Shown: piece after piece, positions 39,287 through 48,667 of the stretch
Layout of the letters: each line of letters begins with the position of its first letter
Position numbering within the stretch: the first letter of the stretch is position 1
Assembly: GCA_009692805.1 (NCBI GenBank)
Contig: SHYM01000001.1
Location: 2,831 to 66,830 of the forward strand
DNA length: 64,000 nucleotides
Direction: 5' to 3'
DNA from: Dehalococcoidia bacterium
GTDB lineage: Bacteria; Chloroflexota; Dehalococcoidia; SHYM01
Translations under genes and position numbers: made by a program
Notes under the pieces: generated by a model
Told to the model about the DNA's origin: nothing
The model's database searches: none
What the model saw: only the letters and a program-made list of their open reading frames with translations

Positions 39287-39456
39287 ATGATCGTAACCCA
39301 GATCAAAGACTGGGTTGGTGTAGAACCACTTTTGGAGCAAGCCCGTAGACGGGGGATAGGATCGTCCTCCCAGCCACTCCTTTGCCAAGCAGGCGCCGGT
39401 GGGATAAACTAGCGCGAGTCGAAACGGCAGGATCCAAAAGTCGAGAGGAGAATGTC

Positions 39457-39948
39457 ATGCCCAACCCAGTAGTCCGCTTCGAGATCGGGGCCAAGGACGC
39501 CAAGAAGGCGCAGAAGTTCTACGCCGACCTCTTCGGCTGGCACGTGGACGCCAACAACCCCATGAACTACGGCGTGGTGGACACCCACGCCAAGGGAGGC
39601 ATCAACGGCGGTATCACCGCCATCCAGAAAGGCATGCCCGCGCTGATCATCTATGTGGAGGTGGACGACCTGTCCGCCTATCTCAAGAAGGCGGAGAAGT
39701 TGGGCGGCAAGACCCTCATGCCGCCGACGGTGATACCGAACATGGTGACCTTCGCCCTGTTCGCCGATCCCCAGGGCACCACCATCGGCATGATCAAGAG
39801 CGATCACCCGTCCGCTGAGGCGAAGCCGAAAGCTGCGGCGCCGGCGCGCAAGGCTGCTGCAAGCAGCCGGACTACGAAGGCTGCTGCAAGCAGCCGGACT
39901 ACGAAGGCTGCTGCAAGCAGCCGGACTACGAAGGCAGCCAAGCGCTAG
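39457..39948 (+). CDS. VOC (glyoxalase/bleomycin-resistance fold) family protein with C-terminal KAAASSRTT x3 repeat tail
   Basis: VVRFEIGAKDAKKAQKFYADLFGWHVD..., with a GAGGAG RBS 7 nt before the ATG at 39457. Confidence 0.7.
   Translation: MPNPVVRFEIGAKDAKKAQKFYADLFGWHVDANNPMNYGVVDTHAKGGINGGITAIQKGMPALIIYVEVDDLSAYLKKAEKLGGKTLMPPTVIPNMVTFALFADPQGTTIGMIKSDHPSAEAKPKAAAPARKAAASSRTTKAAASSRTTKAAASSRTTKAAKR
39850..39930 (+). repeat. perfect 3 x 27-bp tandem repeat (AAGGCTGCTGCAAGCAGCCGGACTACG) inside VOC gene 3' end
   Basis: Three identical contiguous units encode KAAASSRTT each. Confidence 0.85.
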
Positions 39949-40029
39949 CCGCCCCGGCCCGCGCCGGGCGCCTCATGCTAAACTGCGACAGGGCCACCCG
40001 CTAAGGTGGCCCTGTCGGTGTTGGGATAG

Positions 40030-43000
40030 ATGGGAAAGCTGCAAGGGCTGTTACCAGCGCTAAGTGGGGGTCCCATCCTGGGGGCTCTCAAGGCGGCGCT
40101 GGACGCCGCGGGCGACCACCCCTATCGCCGCGTCGCCGTCCTGGAGGCCGCCAAGCCCGCCTTGGTGGCGGCCCTGGCCCAGGCCACCGGGGCCCCGGTG
40201 CTGGTGGTTACCACCACCGCCCAGCGGGCGGCGCAGCTACAGGAGGAGATCGAGGCCTGGGCGCCCTCCAGCCATACTGTAACTCTGTATCCGGACCCGG
40301 CGGGCATCCCCTACGAGCGGGTCCCCTCGGCGCCGGGCGACCGCTGGCAGCGCCTGTCCGCCCTGCGCCTTCTGGCCCATTCCGAGCCTGGCCCAGCCGC
40401 CCCTATCGTGTTAGCGCCGACCCTGGCGCTCATGCAACACGTCTTGACGCCCGTAGAGTTCAAGTCCGCCGCCCACGCCATCGCGGTGGGGCAACGGGTC
40501 CGGCTGGACGCCCTGCTCCAGCGCTGGGTCGCCCTGGGGTACCGCAACGAGGCCCTGGTGGAAGAGCCTGGCGCCCTGAGCCGCCGGGGCGGCGTGGTGG
40601 ACATCTGGCCGCCGCAGGCGCCGCTGCCCGTCCGTCTGGAGCTCAACGGCGACCGGGTGGACAGCCTGCGCCAGTTCGACCCCGCCAGCCAGCGCTCGGG
40701 CGCCTCCCTGGACACGGTCGCGATCATACCCGCCCGCGAGGCCCTCTTCCCCACTGATCTTCTAGACCACCCCGAAGCGCTCCTGAGCGCCCTCGGCCTC
40801 GACTCCATACCAGCGGAGGCCCGGGCGCGCCTGGCCGAGGAGGCGCAGGCGGCCTTTTCGCTCCAGCGGCCGGACCTCACGGAGATCTACGGGGCGGTGC
40901 TGAACAAGGGCGGGCTGCTGGACTTCCTGCCCCCCCACAGCCTGCTGGTAGTCGACGAATTGGCCGAGGTGCTGGCCCTGGCCGAGGAGCTGGAAGGCCA
41001 GGCCCGAGAGCTGCGGCTGGACCAGCAGGACCGAGGGATTCTACCGCCGGGGTTCCCTGTCCCGTACTGGGGCTATAAAGCCGTCGAGGAGCGGCTGGCG
41101 GGCCATCCCCGCCGGGTGGCCCTGGAGCGCTGGGGCCAAGCGGAGGCGCTCCAGGGCGCGGAGGCCAGGGACGCCCTTGCTGGCGCCCCGGCTGCGCCCC
41201 CGGCCCACCGGGACTACTTCATGCTGCCCTGCCGGGGCGTCCCGGCCTTCGGCGGCCGCCAGGCCCCCCTGGCCGAATGGGCGCGCTCCGAGACCCGGGC
41301 CGGCGGGCGGGCGGTGATCGTGTCGCAGCAGGCCCCCCGGTTGGCGGAGCTGCTGCTCGAAGAGGACCTCTTCGCCACGCCCGTGGAAGAGCTGTCCAGC
41401 CTACCCTCGCCAGGCACCCTCACCCTGGTCCACGGTGGCCTGGCCCAGGGGTTCGGCCTCCTCGCCGCCGCTGGAGCGCCGGCGCTCTCCCTGGTCGGCG
41501 ACGCGGAGGTCTTCGGGTTCGTCAAGCAACGCCGCCGTCGTCCCCCGCGGACGGCGACGCCGCGCGTCGACCTGGGGGAGCTGGCCCCCGGCGCCTTCAT
41601 CGTCCACGCCGACCACGGCATCGCCCGCTTCGCCGGCGTCCAGACCATCGCGCGGGACGGCGCGGAGCAAGAGTACCTAGTGCTGGAGTACGCCGGGGGT
41701 GACCGCCTCTTCGTGCCGGCCGACCAGATCTCCAGGGTGACGGGCTACATAGGGCACGCTGGCCAGGAGCCAAGGCTCCATCGCCTGGGAGGCCAGGAGT
41801 GGGGCCGGGCCCGGGAGCGCGCCCAGCGGGCCGCCTCTATCCTGGCGGAGGAGCTGCTGGAGCTGTATGCCTCCCGGCAGCTACTGCAAGGCCAGGTCTG
41901 CCCCCCAGACACCGTCTGGCAGCAGGAGCTGGAGGCCTCCTTCCCTTACACAGAGACCCCCGACCAGCTCCAGGCTATAGAGGCGGTGAAGGCCGACATG
42001 GAGTCCCCGCGCCCCATGGACCGTTTGGTCTGCGGCGATGTAGGGTACGGCAAGACGGAGGTAGCGGTGCGGGCCGCCTTCAAGGCCCTCATGAGCGGCC
42101 GCCAGGTAGCGGTGCTGGTGCCCACCACGGTGCTGGCCCAGCAACACTTCCAGACCTTCAGTCAGCGGTTCGCCCCCTTCCCCATCCACGTGGACGTGCT
42201 AAGCCGCTTCCGCTCGGACAGGGAGCAGGGGCAGGTGGTGCAGGGCCTGAAGGAGGGGAGCGTCGATCTGGTCATCGGCACCCACCGGCTCCTCCAGAAA
42301 GACGTGGCCTTCAAGGACCTGGGCCTGGTCATCATCGATGAGGAGCAGCGCTTTGGCGTCGGCCACAAAGAGCGGCTCAAGCAGATGCGCCGGGAGGTGG
42401 ACGTCCTCACCCTCTCCGCCACGCCCATCCCGCGCACCCTCCACATGGCCCTGGCGGGCGTCCGTGACCTGAGCACCATGGAGACCCCCCCGGAGCACCG
42501 GCTGCCCATCCTGACCTACGTCGCCGAATACGACGAGAAGCTGGTGCGGGAAGCGGTGTTGCGGGAGCTGGAGCGCGGGGGCCAGGTCTTCTACCTCCAC
42601 AACCGGGTGCAGACCATCGCCCGGACGGCGCGGCGCCTGCAGGAGCTGGTGCCCGAGGCGCGCATCGCCATCGGCCACGGCCAGATGCACGAGGAGGCGT
42701 TGGAGCGGGTGATGTTGGAGTTCGCCCAGGGCCAGCACGACGTCCTGGTCTGCACCACCATCATCGAGAGCGGCCTGGACCTGCCCAACGTGAACACCCT
42801 CCTGGTGGAGCGGGCCGAGCAGTTCGGCCTCGCCCAGCTCTACCAGCTGCGCGGCAGGGTAGGCCGCGGCCCCCAGCGCGCCTACGCCTACTTCTGCTTC
42901 GAGCGCGACCGCAACATGACCGAGACAGCCCAGAAGAGGCTGGACGCCATCTTCCAGGCCACGGAGCTGGGGGCCGGCCTCAAGATCGCCCTCAAGGACC

Positions 43001-43623
43001 TGGAGATCCGGGGCGCTGGCAATTTGCTAGGGCCAGAACAGAGTGGCTACATCAGCGCCGTGGGTTTCGACCTTTACACCCGGCTCCTGGCCGACGCCGT
43101 GGCGCGTCTACAGGACCAGCAGGCTATGGCCCAGGGGCGTCAGCCCCAGGCACGCCCGCGCCCACCCGAGGTGACCGTCGATCTGCCTCTGGCCGCCCAT
43201 CTGCCCCAGGACTACGTGCCCGATGTGAACGTGCGCATGGAGCTCTACCGCCGGCTGGGCGCGATGACAGGCGCGGAAGAGATTACGGGCCTGGAGCAGG
43301 AGCTGCGGGACCGCTTCGGGGCCCTCCCCGAGCCCGCGCGCGCCTTGCTTGACCTGATGCGGCTCAAGCTGCGCGCCGCCCAGGCCGGCGTCGAGAGCAT
43401 CCAGTCTGGAGACCCTTACCTGACCCTCAAGCTGAAGACGACGACGGTGCCGCCGACCCTGGCGCTGGAACGCGCCTTCGGGCCAGCGGTGCAGGTGTTG
43501 CCAGGCAGGGTGCTGGTCGCCGCCCACGACGGCTGGTACCGCCGCCTGCGGCAGGTGCTGGATGCCTTAGCGGGACCAGTGGGAGCGCGCTCTCGCGCCG
43601 ACAAGGTCCCTCAGCGCGGCTAG
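40030..43623 (+). CDS. mfd: transcription-repair coupling factor
   Basis: 1197 aa. UvrB-homology N-terminus, RecG-like SF2 helicase core (DVGYGKTEVA, DEEQRFG, QLRGRVGRG) and a TRG motif. Confidence 0.9.
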   Translation: MGKLQGLLPALSGGPILGALKAALDAAGDHPYRRVAVLEAAKPALVAALAQATGAPVLVVTTTAQRAAQLQEEIEAWAPSSHTVTLYPDPAGIPYERVPSAPGDRWQRLSALRLLAHSEPGPAAPIVLAPTLALMQHVLTPVEFKSAAHAIAVGQRVRLDALLQRWVALGYRNEALVEEPGALSRRGGVVDIWPPQAPLPVRLELNGDRVDSLRQFDPASQRSGASLDTVAIIPAREALFPTDLLDHPEALLSALGLDSIPAEARARLAEEAQAAFSLQRPDLTEIYGAVLNKGGLLDFLPPHSLLVVDELAEVLALAEELEGQARELRLDQQDRGILPPGFPVPYWGYKAVEERLAGHPRRVALERWGQAEALQGAEARDALAGAPAAPPAHRDYFMLPCRGVPAFGGRQAPLAEWARSETRAGGRAVIVSQQAPRLAELLLEEDLFATPVEELSSLPSPGTLTLVHGGLAQGFGLLAAAGAPALSLVGDAEVFGFVKQRRRRPPRTATPRVDLGELAPGAFIVHADHGIARFAGVQTIARDGAEQEYLVLEYAGGDRLFVPADQISRVTGYIGHAGQEPRLHRLGGQEWGRARERAQRAASILAEELLELYASRQLLQGQVCPPDTVWQQELEASFPYTETPDQLQAIEAVKADMESPRPMDRLVCGDVGYGKTEVAVRAAFKALMSGRQVAVLVPTTVLAQQHFQTFSQRFAPFPIHVDVLSRFRSDREQGQVVQGLKEGSVDLVIGTHRLLQKDVAFKDLGLVIIDEEQRFGVGHKERLKQMRREVDVLTLSATPIPRTLHMALAGVRDLSTMETPPEHRLPILTYVAEYDEKLVREAVLRELERGGQVFYLHNRVQTIARTARRLQELVPEARIAIGHGQMHEEALERVMLEFAQGQHDVLVCTTIIESGLDLPNVNTLLVERAEQFGLAQLYQLRGRVGRGPQRAYAYFCFERDRNMTETAQKRLDAIFQATELGAGLKIALKDLEIRGAGNLLGPEQSGYISAVGFDLYTRLLADAVARLQDQQAMAQGRQPQARPRPPEVTVDLPLAAHLPQDYVPDVNVRMELYRRLGAMTGAEEITGLEQELRDRFGALPEPARALLDLMRLKLRAAQAGVESIQSGDPYLTLKLKTTTVPPTLALERAFGPAVQVLPGRVLVAAHDGWYRRLRQVLDALAGPVGARSRADKVPQRG

Positions 43624-43687
43624 CACGTTTGGGGGGAGGCCTGCGAGATGGCAGCCTCATCAGGCGGGGGAACTGGGGGTGTCCCCG

Positions 43688-43850
43688 GCTTTGCACTAAA
43701 ACTCTCGTTTTCTTCGATCTGGCTCTCCTGTGAGGATGTCCACGACCATCCCCCTGGCCCCCTCCCTAGCCAGGAAGGGGGTAGTTTGAAAGGGAGAGAA
43801 GGGGGACACCCCCTTCGACCCCCGGCAGAGGGATTATCCCTCTGCACTCC
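43688..43850. repeat. MITE-like intergenic repeat, copy E (subtype 2 hairpin GGCAGAGGGATTATCCCTCTGCACTCC)
   Basis: GCTTTGCACTAAAACTCTCG...CGACCATCCCCC...CTAGCCAGGAAGGGGGTAG...GGGAGAGAAGGGGGACACCCCCTTCGACCCCCGGCAG.... It fills the gap between convergent mfd and prfB. Confidence 0.7.
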
Positions 43851-43852
43851 CC

Positions 43853-44957
43853 CTACCCCGTCGGGCCCACGGTACTCTTCAAGTAGGCCGTCATGAGGGC
43901 GTCCAGGTCGCCGTCCAGCACCGCCTGCGGGTCGCCGGTCTCATAGCCGGTGCGCAGGTCCTTCACCATCCGGTAAGGATGGAGCACGTAGCTGCGGATC
44001 TGGTTGCCCCAGCCGGATCCCACGTGGGCGCCCTTCAGGCGCAGCCGCTCCGTCTCTCGCCTCTGGATCTCCTGCTCGACGAGGCGGGCGCGCAGGATGC
44101 GCAGCGCCGTCTCCTTGTTCTGCTGGAGGGAGCGCTCGTTCTGGCAAGCGACCACCAGGCCCGAAGGGAGGTGGCGCAGCCGCACCGCGGTGGAGTTTTT
44201 CTGCACGTTCTGGCCCCCGGCGCCACTGGCCCGGAAGGTCTCTATCTCCACGTCGTCGGGCGAGATGACGACCTCCACCTCGGGCCCCGCCTCGGGCCAC
44301 ACCTCCACCAGGGCAAAGGAGGTGTGGCGGGCGTGGGCCGAATCGTAGGGGGACAAACGGACGAGGCGGTGGACCCCCCGCTCGGATTTAAGGTAGCCGT
44401 AGGCGTAGGGGCCCGCGATGGAGGCTACGGCGCTCTTGATGCCGGCCTCCTCGCCCGGGGAGCTCTCGATGACCTCCGCCTGGAATTGGCGGCGCTCCGC
44501 CCAGCGCAGGAACATCCGCAGGAGCATCTGGGCCCAGTCCTGGGCCTCCGTGCCGCCCGCGCCGGCGTGGACGGCCAGGATGGCGCCCCGGTTATCGTAC
44601 TCGCCTCCCAGGGTCAGGCGAAACTCCTGCTCGTCCAGCCGGCGCTCCAGCCGCTCCAGGCTGGTGCCTAGCTCCGCCTCCAGGGAGGAATCGCCCTCGG
44701 CGGCCGTCATCGCCGCCAGCTCGGACAGCTCGGCGGCCTGGCCTTCAAGGGAGCGCCAGAGGTTGACCTCTTCCTTCAGCGCCGCCAGGCGCTTCATGGC
44801 GGCCTGCGCCCGCTCCTGGTCACTCCAGAACTCGGGGTGTCCCGCCTCCGCCTCTAGACGGGTGGCCTCCACATCCTTGGCAGCCAGGTCAAAGACGCTC
44901 CTGGAAATGGGCGATGCGTTGCCGCAGCTCGGTCAGGCGGCCACCCAGATTTTCCAC
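43853..44957 (-). CDS. prfB: peptide chain release factor 2 (requires programmed +1 frameshift)
   Basis: Main ORF 43853-44872 carries the GGQ and SPF motifs. Upstream in the 0 frame, GTG at 44957 opens 22 codons ([22 protein letters not shown]) ending at CTT TGA C (44894-44888), the canonical RF2 shifty stop. Confidence 0.85.
44888..44894 (-). other. RF2 +1 programmed frameshift site CTT TGA C
   Basis: Read on the minus strand as GAG CGT CTT TGA CCT GGC. The downstream frame continues as [11 protein letters not shown]... Confidence 0.8.
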
Positions 44958-45091
44958 GCTTGCAACCCCTATATTGCGAAATTCGTCGCGTATATTCTAG
45001 CACAGGCCCCTGCTACAATCCTGTGGCCATTCCTGCTCTCGCGCTAGGCGTGCACGCAGTAGCAGGCCGACGGCGGCGAGGGGGGCGCCCC

Positions 45092-45760
45092 GTGCACGTC
45101 AGCCCGCTCCATTCCTGGGAACTGAGCCCTGCCATAGCCAGGGAGGTACAACGCCGCCTGGCGTCCCAGGTAGAGCGAGGGGACCGTCTGGGCCCCGTCG
45201 CCCTGGTCGACGGCACCGACATCTCCGTCCAGCGCGCCGAAAGGCGAGGGCGGGCGGCCATCGTTCTCCTCTCCTACCCAGGGCTGGAAGTGACCGAGGT
45301 AGCCTTGGCGGAGGGGCCCCTGACCTTCCCTTATATTCCCGGCTTGCTGTCCTTCCGCGAGGCGCCCCTGCTCCTGGCGGCGGCGGAGAAGCTGCAAGCC
45401 GTTCCCGACCTTCTGGTCGTGGACGGCCAAGGGCTGGCGCATCCCCGACGCTGCGGCCTCGCCTGCCATCTGGGCCTGCTCTTGGACTTGCCCACCATAG
45501 GCTGCGCCAAGTCGCGCCTCATCGGGCAGCATGCCGAGCCCGGCCCCTCTGAGGGCGACTTGGCTCCGCTGGAGGACGGGGACGAGGTCATCGGCGCCGC
45601 CGTCCGCACCAGGGAGGGAACGCGGCCGGTCTATATCTCCACGGGCCGCACGGTCCAGGCGACGGCCATCGCCTGGACCGTGCGGCTGGGCCGTGGCTAC
45701 CGCATACCGGAGCCCACGCGCCTGGCTCACCAGGCCGCCGGAGGCACGCTGCTCCGGTGA
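45092..45760 (+). CDS. nfi: endonuclease V (deoxyinosine 3'-endonuclease)
   Basis: YPGLEV...[19 protein letters not shown]...[41 protein letters not shown] with a GAGGGGGG RBS is chosen. The ATG at 44960 would overlap the prfB 5' end. Confidence 0.75.
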   Translation: MHVSPLHSWELSPAIAREVQRRLASQVERGDRLGPVALVDGTDISVQRAERRGRAAIVLLSYPGLEVTEVALAEGPLTFPYIPGLLSFREAPLLLAAAEKLQAVPDLLVVDGQGLAHPRRCGLACHLGLLLDLPTIGCAKSRLIGQHAEPGPSEGDLAPLEDGDEVIGAAVRTREGTRPVYISTGRTVQATAIAWTVRLGRGYRIPEPTRLAHQAAGGTLLR

Positions 45761-45835
45761 GGGCGCGCCTCTTCAGCCGAAGATGGCAACCGCCCGGATG
45801 TTTGCAGAGGCTTCAGGGGCCGCGTACACTGCCCA

Positions 45836-47197
45836 ATGGCGTCTAAAAACATCCTCCGCTCCAAAGTCGAGGCACCGCAAGGAGGCGGCCCTACGGACAG
45901 CCCTACGGACAGCCCTACGGACAGCTCAACGGCAGGCTCCCCGCCCCGCGCCCAGCCGCGGCTCTACTACGGCTGGGTCATAGTGGGGGTAATCATCCTG
46001 AGCGGCCTGGCCGCGTCGGTGCAGCTCAACCCCACCATCGGCGTCTTCGTCAAGCCCATATCCGACGAGTTTGGGTGGAGCCGCTCCACCATAGCGGGCG
46101 CGGTGACCGCGGGCACCATTTGCGGGGGCCTGATAGCCATCTTCATCGGTCCCCTGATCGACCGCTTCGGCGGCAAATGGGTGCTGTTCTTCGGGTTCCT
46201 CATCATGGGCGGCGCCCTCATCGCCCTGGGCTTTATCAGCGCTCTCTGGCAGTTCTATCTCATCTTCATCGTCAGCCGGATGCTCCTCCAGGGCGTGATA
46301 AACCTTAGCAATAACGTCATCGTCTCGAAGTGGTTTGTCCGTAAGCGCGGGCGCGCGGTGAGCATTGCCAACGTGGGGCAGCGTCTGGGCAATGGTATCA
46401 CGCCGCTGTACGCCCAGACCTTCATCACTGGCTTTGGGTGGCGGCAGGCGACCATAGCGGTGGGCCTGCTGGCGTGGAGCCTCACCCTGGGCCCCGTGCT
46501 GTTGTGGCTCCGGCGTCAGCCCGAGGACATGGGCCTCCATGCCGACGGGGAGCCGCCCGAGCAGGCGCGGAAGGAGACACCAGGGGGTAGCGTCGCCGCG
46601 CCCCATATCGAGGTCTCATTCACCCTCAAGGAGGCGGTCAGGACCAGGGGCTTTTACCTCCTCTTGGGGGCGATGTCCTTCAGCTTCCTCTCCGGGGCGG
46701 GCATCAACTTCAACATGGTGGCCCTCTTCACCGACCAGGGCCTTAGCCCTTCTCAAGCGGTGCTCATAGTCACCGCCTGGTCGTTGCTGGGCCTGCCAGC
46801 GCTGCTCATTGCCGGGGTCTTGTCCGAAAGGCTGCCGGTGCGCGGCATCCTGGTTGTCGTCTACCTGGGCGTGGTGGCGGGCATCGGGCTGCTGATCGGC
46901 GTCAAAAGCGTCCCCTCAGGGATGGCCTTCGCCCTGGTGCACGGCAGCTTTTTCGGCGCCATGCCGGTGCTGCAAAACCTGATCGTGGCCAACTATTACG
47001 GCCGCACCCACCTGGGCTCCATCCGGGGCGTGGTCACCCCCGTGAGCATGGTGTGCAACGCCGTGGGCCCGCTCATCGCGGCGTCCGCCTACGACTCCAC
47101 GGGGAGCTACACCCGCGTCTTGCTGGCCTTCATGGGGCTCATGTCTCTGGCCGCCCTGGCGATGATGCTGGCAAGTCCACCGAAGCAGCCCCGCTGA
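45836..47197 (+). CDS. MFS transporter
   Basis: 12 predicted hydrophobic segments. An N-terminal PTDSPTDSPTDS repeat is encoded by 3 perfect 12-bp units at 45890-45925. Confidence 0.8.
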   Translation: MASKNILRSKVEAPQGGGPTDSPTDSPTDSSTAGSPPRAQPRLYYGWVIVGVIILSGLAASVQLNPTIGVFVKPISDEFGWSRSTIAGAVTAGTICGGLIAIFIGPLIDRFGGKWVLFFGFLIMGGALIALGFISALWQFYLIFIVSRMLLQGVINLSNNVIVSKWFVRKRGRAVSIANVGQRLGNGITPLYAQTFITGFGWRQATIAVGLLAWSLTLGPVLLWLRRQPEDMGLHADGEPPEQARKETPGGSVAAPHIEVSFTLKEAVRTRGFYLLLGAMSFSFLSGAGINFNMVALFTDQGLSPSQAVLIVTAWSLLGLPALLIAGVLSERLPVRGILVVVYLGVVAGIGLLIGVKSVPSGMAFALVHGSFFGAMPVLQNLIVANYYGRTHLGSIRGVVTPVSMVCNAVGPLIAASAYDSTGSYTRVLLAFMGLMSLAALAMMLASPPKQPR

Positions 47198-47244
47198 CAC
47201 CGCCGCCTGAGCGTGCCGCCCCGCGCGCACCCATTAGAAAACTC

Positions 47245-47300
47245 TTGACAGGTGCCGCTCATACGTTCTATACTATCAACTGTATAGAACGTATGAGCGG
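47245..47300 (+). promoter_or_regulatory. sigma70-like promoter (TTGACA-18 nt-TATACT) overlapped by a perfect 19-bp-arm AT-rich palindrome (CCGCTCATACGTTCTATAC-N8-GTATAGAACGTATGAGCGG)
   Basis: Hexamers at 47245-50 and 47269-74. Palindrome 47255-47300. A GGAGG RBS and the ATG of a small ORF follow. Confidence 0.5.
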
Positions 47301-47323
47301 GTATGCACGACGGAGGTATGGCG

Positions 47324-47626
47324 ATGGAGGACCTAGAGTTCGGACTGCTGTTGTTCCGGGTTGACCTGCTGCAAGCGCTGCGCAGCCGCGACCTGGACCG
47401 CCTGCGCGCCTGCCTGGTGCGCCAACACCCCTATGTGCAGTGCGCCCCGGGCCAGTTCCGGCGGCTCCTGAACGACGACCTCTACTTGCAGGCCGCCATA
47501 TACGAGCGCATCGTTGCCGAGCCGCTGCTAGAGGCGCTCCACCCAGAAGCGCAGGCGTGGCTTGAAGTCCACGGCTTTGAGCCCGCACCGGCGTCGCGCT
47601 CCGAGGCCGTAGGCGCTGCTGCCTAA
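47324..47626 (+). CDS. hypothetical small protein (100 aa) downstream of palindromic promoter
   Basis: GGAGGT RBS at 47312-17. ATG at 47324 has a 7-nt spacing; the earlier in-frame ATGs have none. Confidence 0.4.
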   Translation: MEDLEFGLLLFRVDLLQALRSRDLDRLRACLVRQHPYVQCAPGQFRRLLNDDLYLQAAIYERIVAEPLLEALHPEAQAWLEVHGFEPAPASRSEAVGAAA

Positions 47627-47914
47627 ACGGGGCTCATCCTTCGACAGGCTCAGGATGAGCGGGGGCGGGGCACCGCGGGATGAATCCCGCGGCATGGAAG
47701 CAGCGGCGGTAGGCTCAGGATGAGCGGGTATTGAGCGGACGCCTGAGTTCCACCGCTCATGGTGAGCTTGTCGAACCATGAGCCCCACATACAACTTCTT
47801 GGCACGCTCTTTAACGCGGCGAAGACACCGTGCCCGCCGTGATTCCGGACAAAGTCGGGACTCACGGTCACAACTCAGGTAGGCGTACTGCCAGACGAGC
47901 GGGGGCGTTTTCAG

Positions 47915-48667
47915 CTAGAAGCGGATCTCAATGCGGCGGAAGGCCTCCGCCAGAGGCACCCGCAGCGCCTTGCCGTTCTCGGCCAGACGCTCCTTCATCA
48001 TGCGCTCCATCTCCTCCCGCGGCCGGCGGCCGAAGCCCTGGCTTTTGTGCTGCAAAAGACTTTCGATCTTAAACTGGTAGGTCGTGCTCACATCCACGTA
48101 GAAGTTCGGGGTATCGGCACCCCAGAACAGCACCTCCCGCACCTTGTGGACTGACAGCCCTTGCGCCAGGTGCTCGGGGAAGCTGAGGCGGTCGCGGGCG
48201 TAGGGGAAACTGGCGTCGAGGGTCACCTGGCCAGACATGCGGTGGTCCCGGTGCTGCATATAACGGCGGTCGGGGTCGGTGCTGAGGGCGACCTCGGGGC
48301 GGTACTGACGGATCAGGCGCACCAACTCGCCCCGAAACTGGACGTCATCCTCCAGGCCGCCGTCGGGGTGGTCCAGAAAGACCACGTCCTGGATGCCCAG
48401 GACCTTAGCGGCGGCCAGCTGCTCCTCCCGGCGCAGGCCGGCCAGGCGCTCCGAGGTCATCTGGGGGTCCTCGGAACCCTTGTCGCCGTTGGTGCAAACG
48501 GCGAGGACCACCTGGCAGCCGTCGCGGGCCCAGCGGGCCAGGGTGGCTCCCGCCCCCACCTCGGCATCATCGGGGTGGGGGCTCACCGCCAGGGCCACGG
48601 CGGGCGTGGGCCGGCGCTCCTCCTGTCTCTGCTCGTTTTCTCGGTATTGCTGCGGTGAGCTGACCAT
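47915..48667 (-). CDS. PIG-L/LmbE-family N-acetylglucosaminyl deacetylase (MshB/BshB-like)
   Basis: VSPHPDDAEVGAGATLARWARDGCQVVLAVCTNGDKGSEDP. The ATG lies inside the CCATCGACCATC box of repeat copy F. The track ORF extension upstream is repeat-derived. Confidence 0.8.
   Translation of the reverse strand: MVSSPQQYRENEQRQEERRPTPAVALAVSPHPDDAEVGAGATLARWARDGCQVVLAVCTNGDKGSEDPQMTSERLAGLRREEQLAAAKVLGIQDVVFLDHPDGGLEDDVQFRGELVRLIRQYRPEVALSTDPDRRYMQHRDHRMSGQVTLDASFPYARDRLSFPEHLAQGLSVHKVREVLFWGADTPNFYVDVSTTYQFKIESLLQHKSQGFGRRPREEMERMMKERLAENGKALRVPLAEAFRRIEIRF

Noticed and set aside
43620-43847. 75-aa ORF whose translation resembles the N-terminal extension of ORF 47915-48772 (MQRDNPSAGGRRGCPPSLPF...)
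   Set aside because: The shared sequence is the MITE-like repeat (copies E and F) read in one frame. The similarity is nucleotide-repeat-derived, not a protein family. Both stretches are non-coding.
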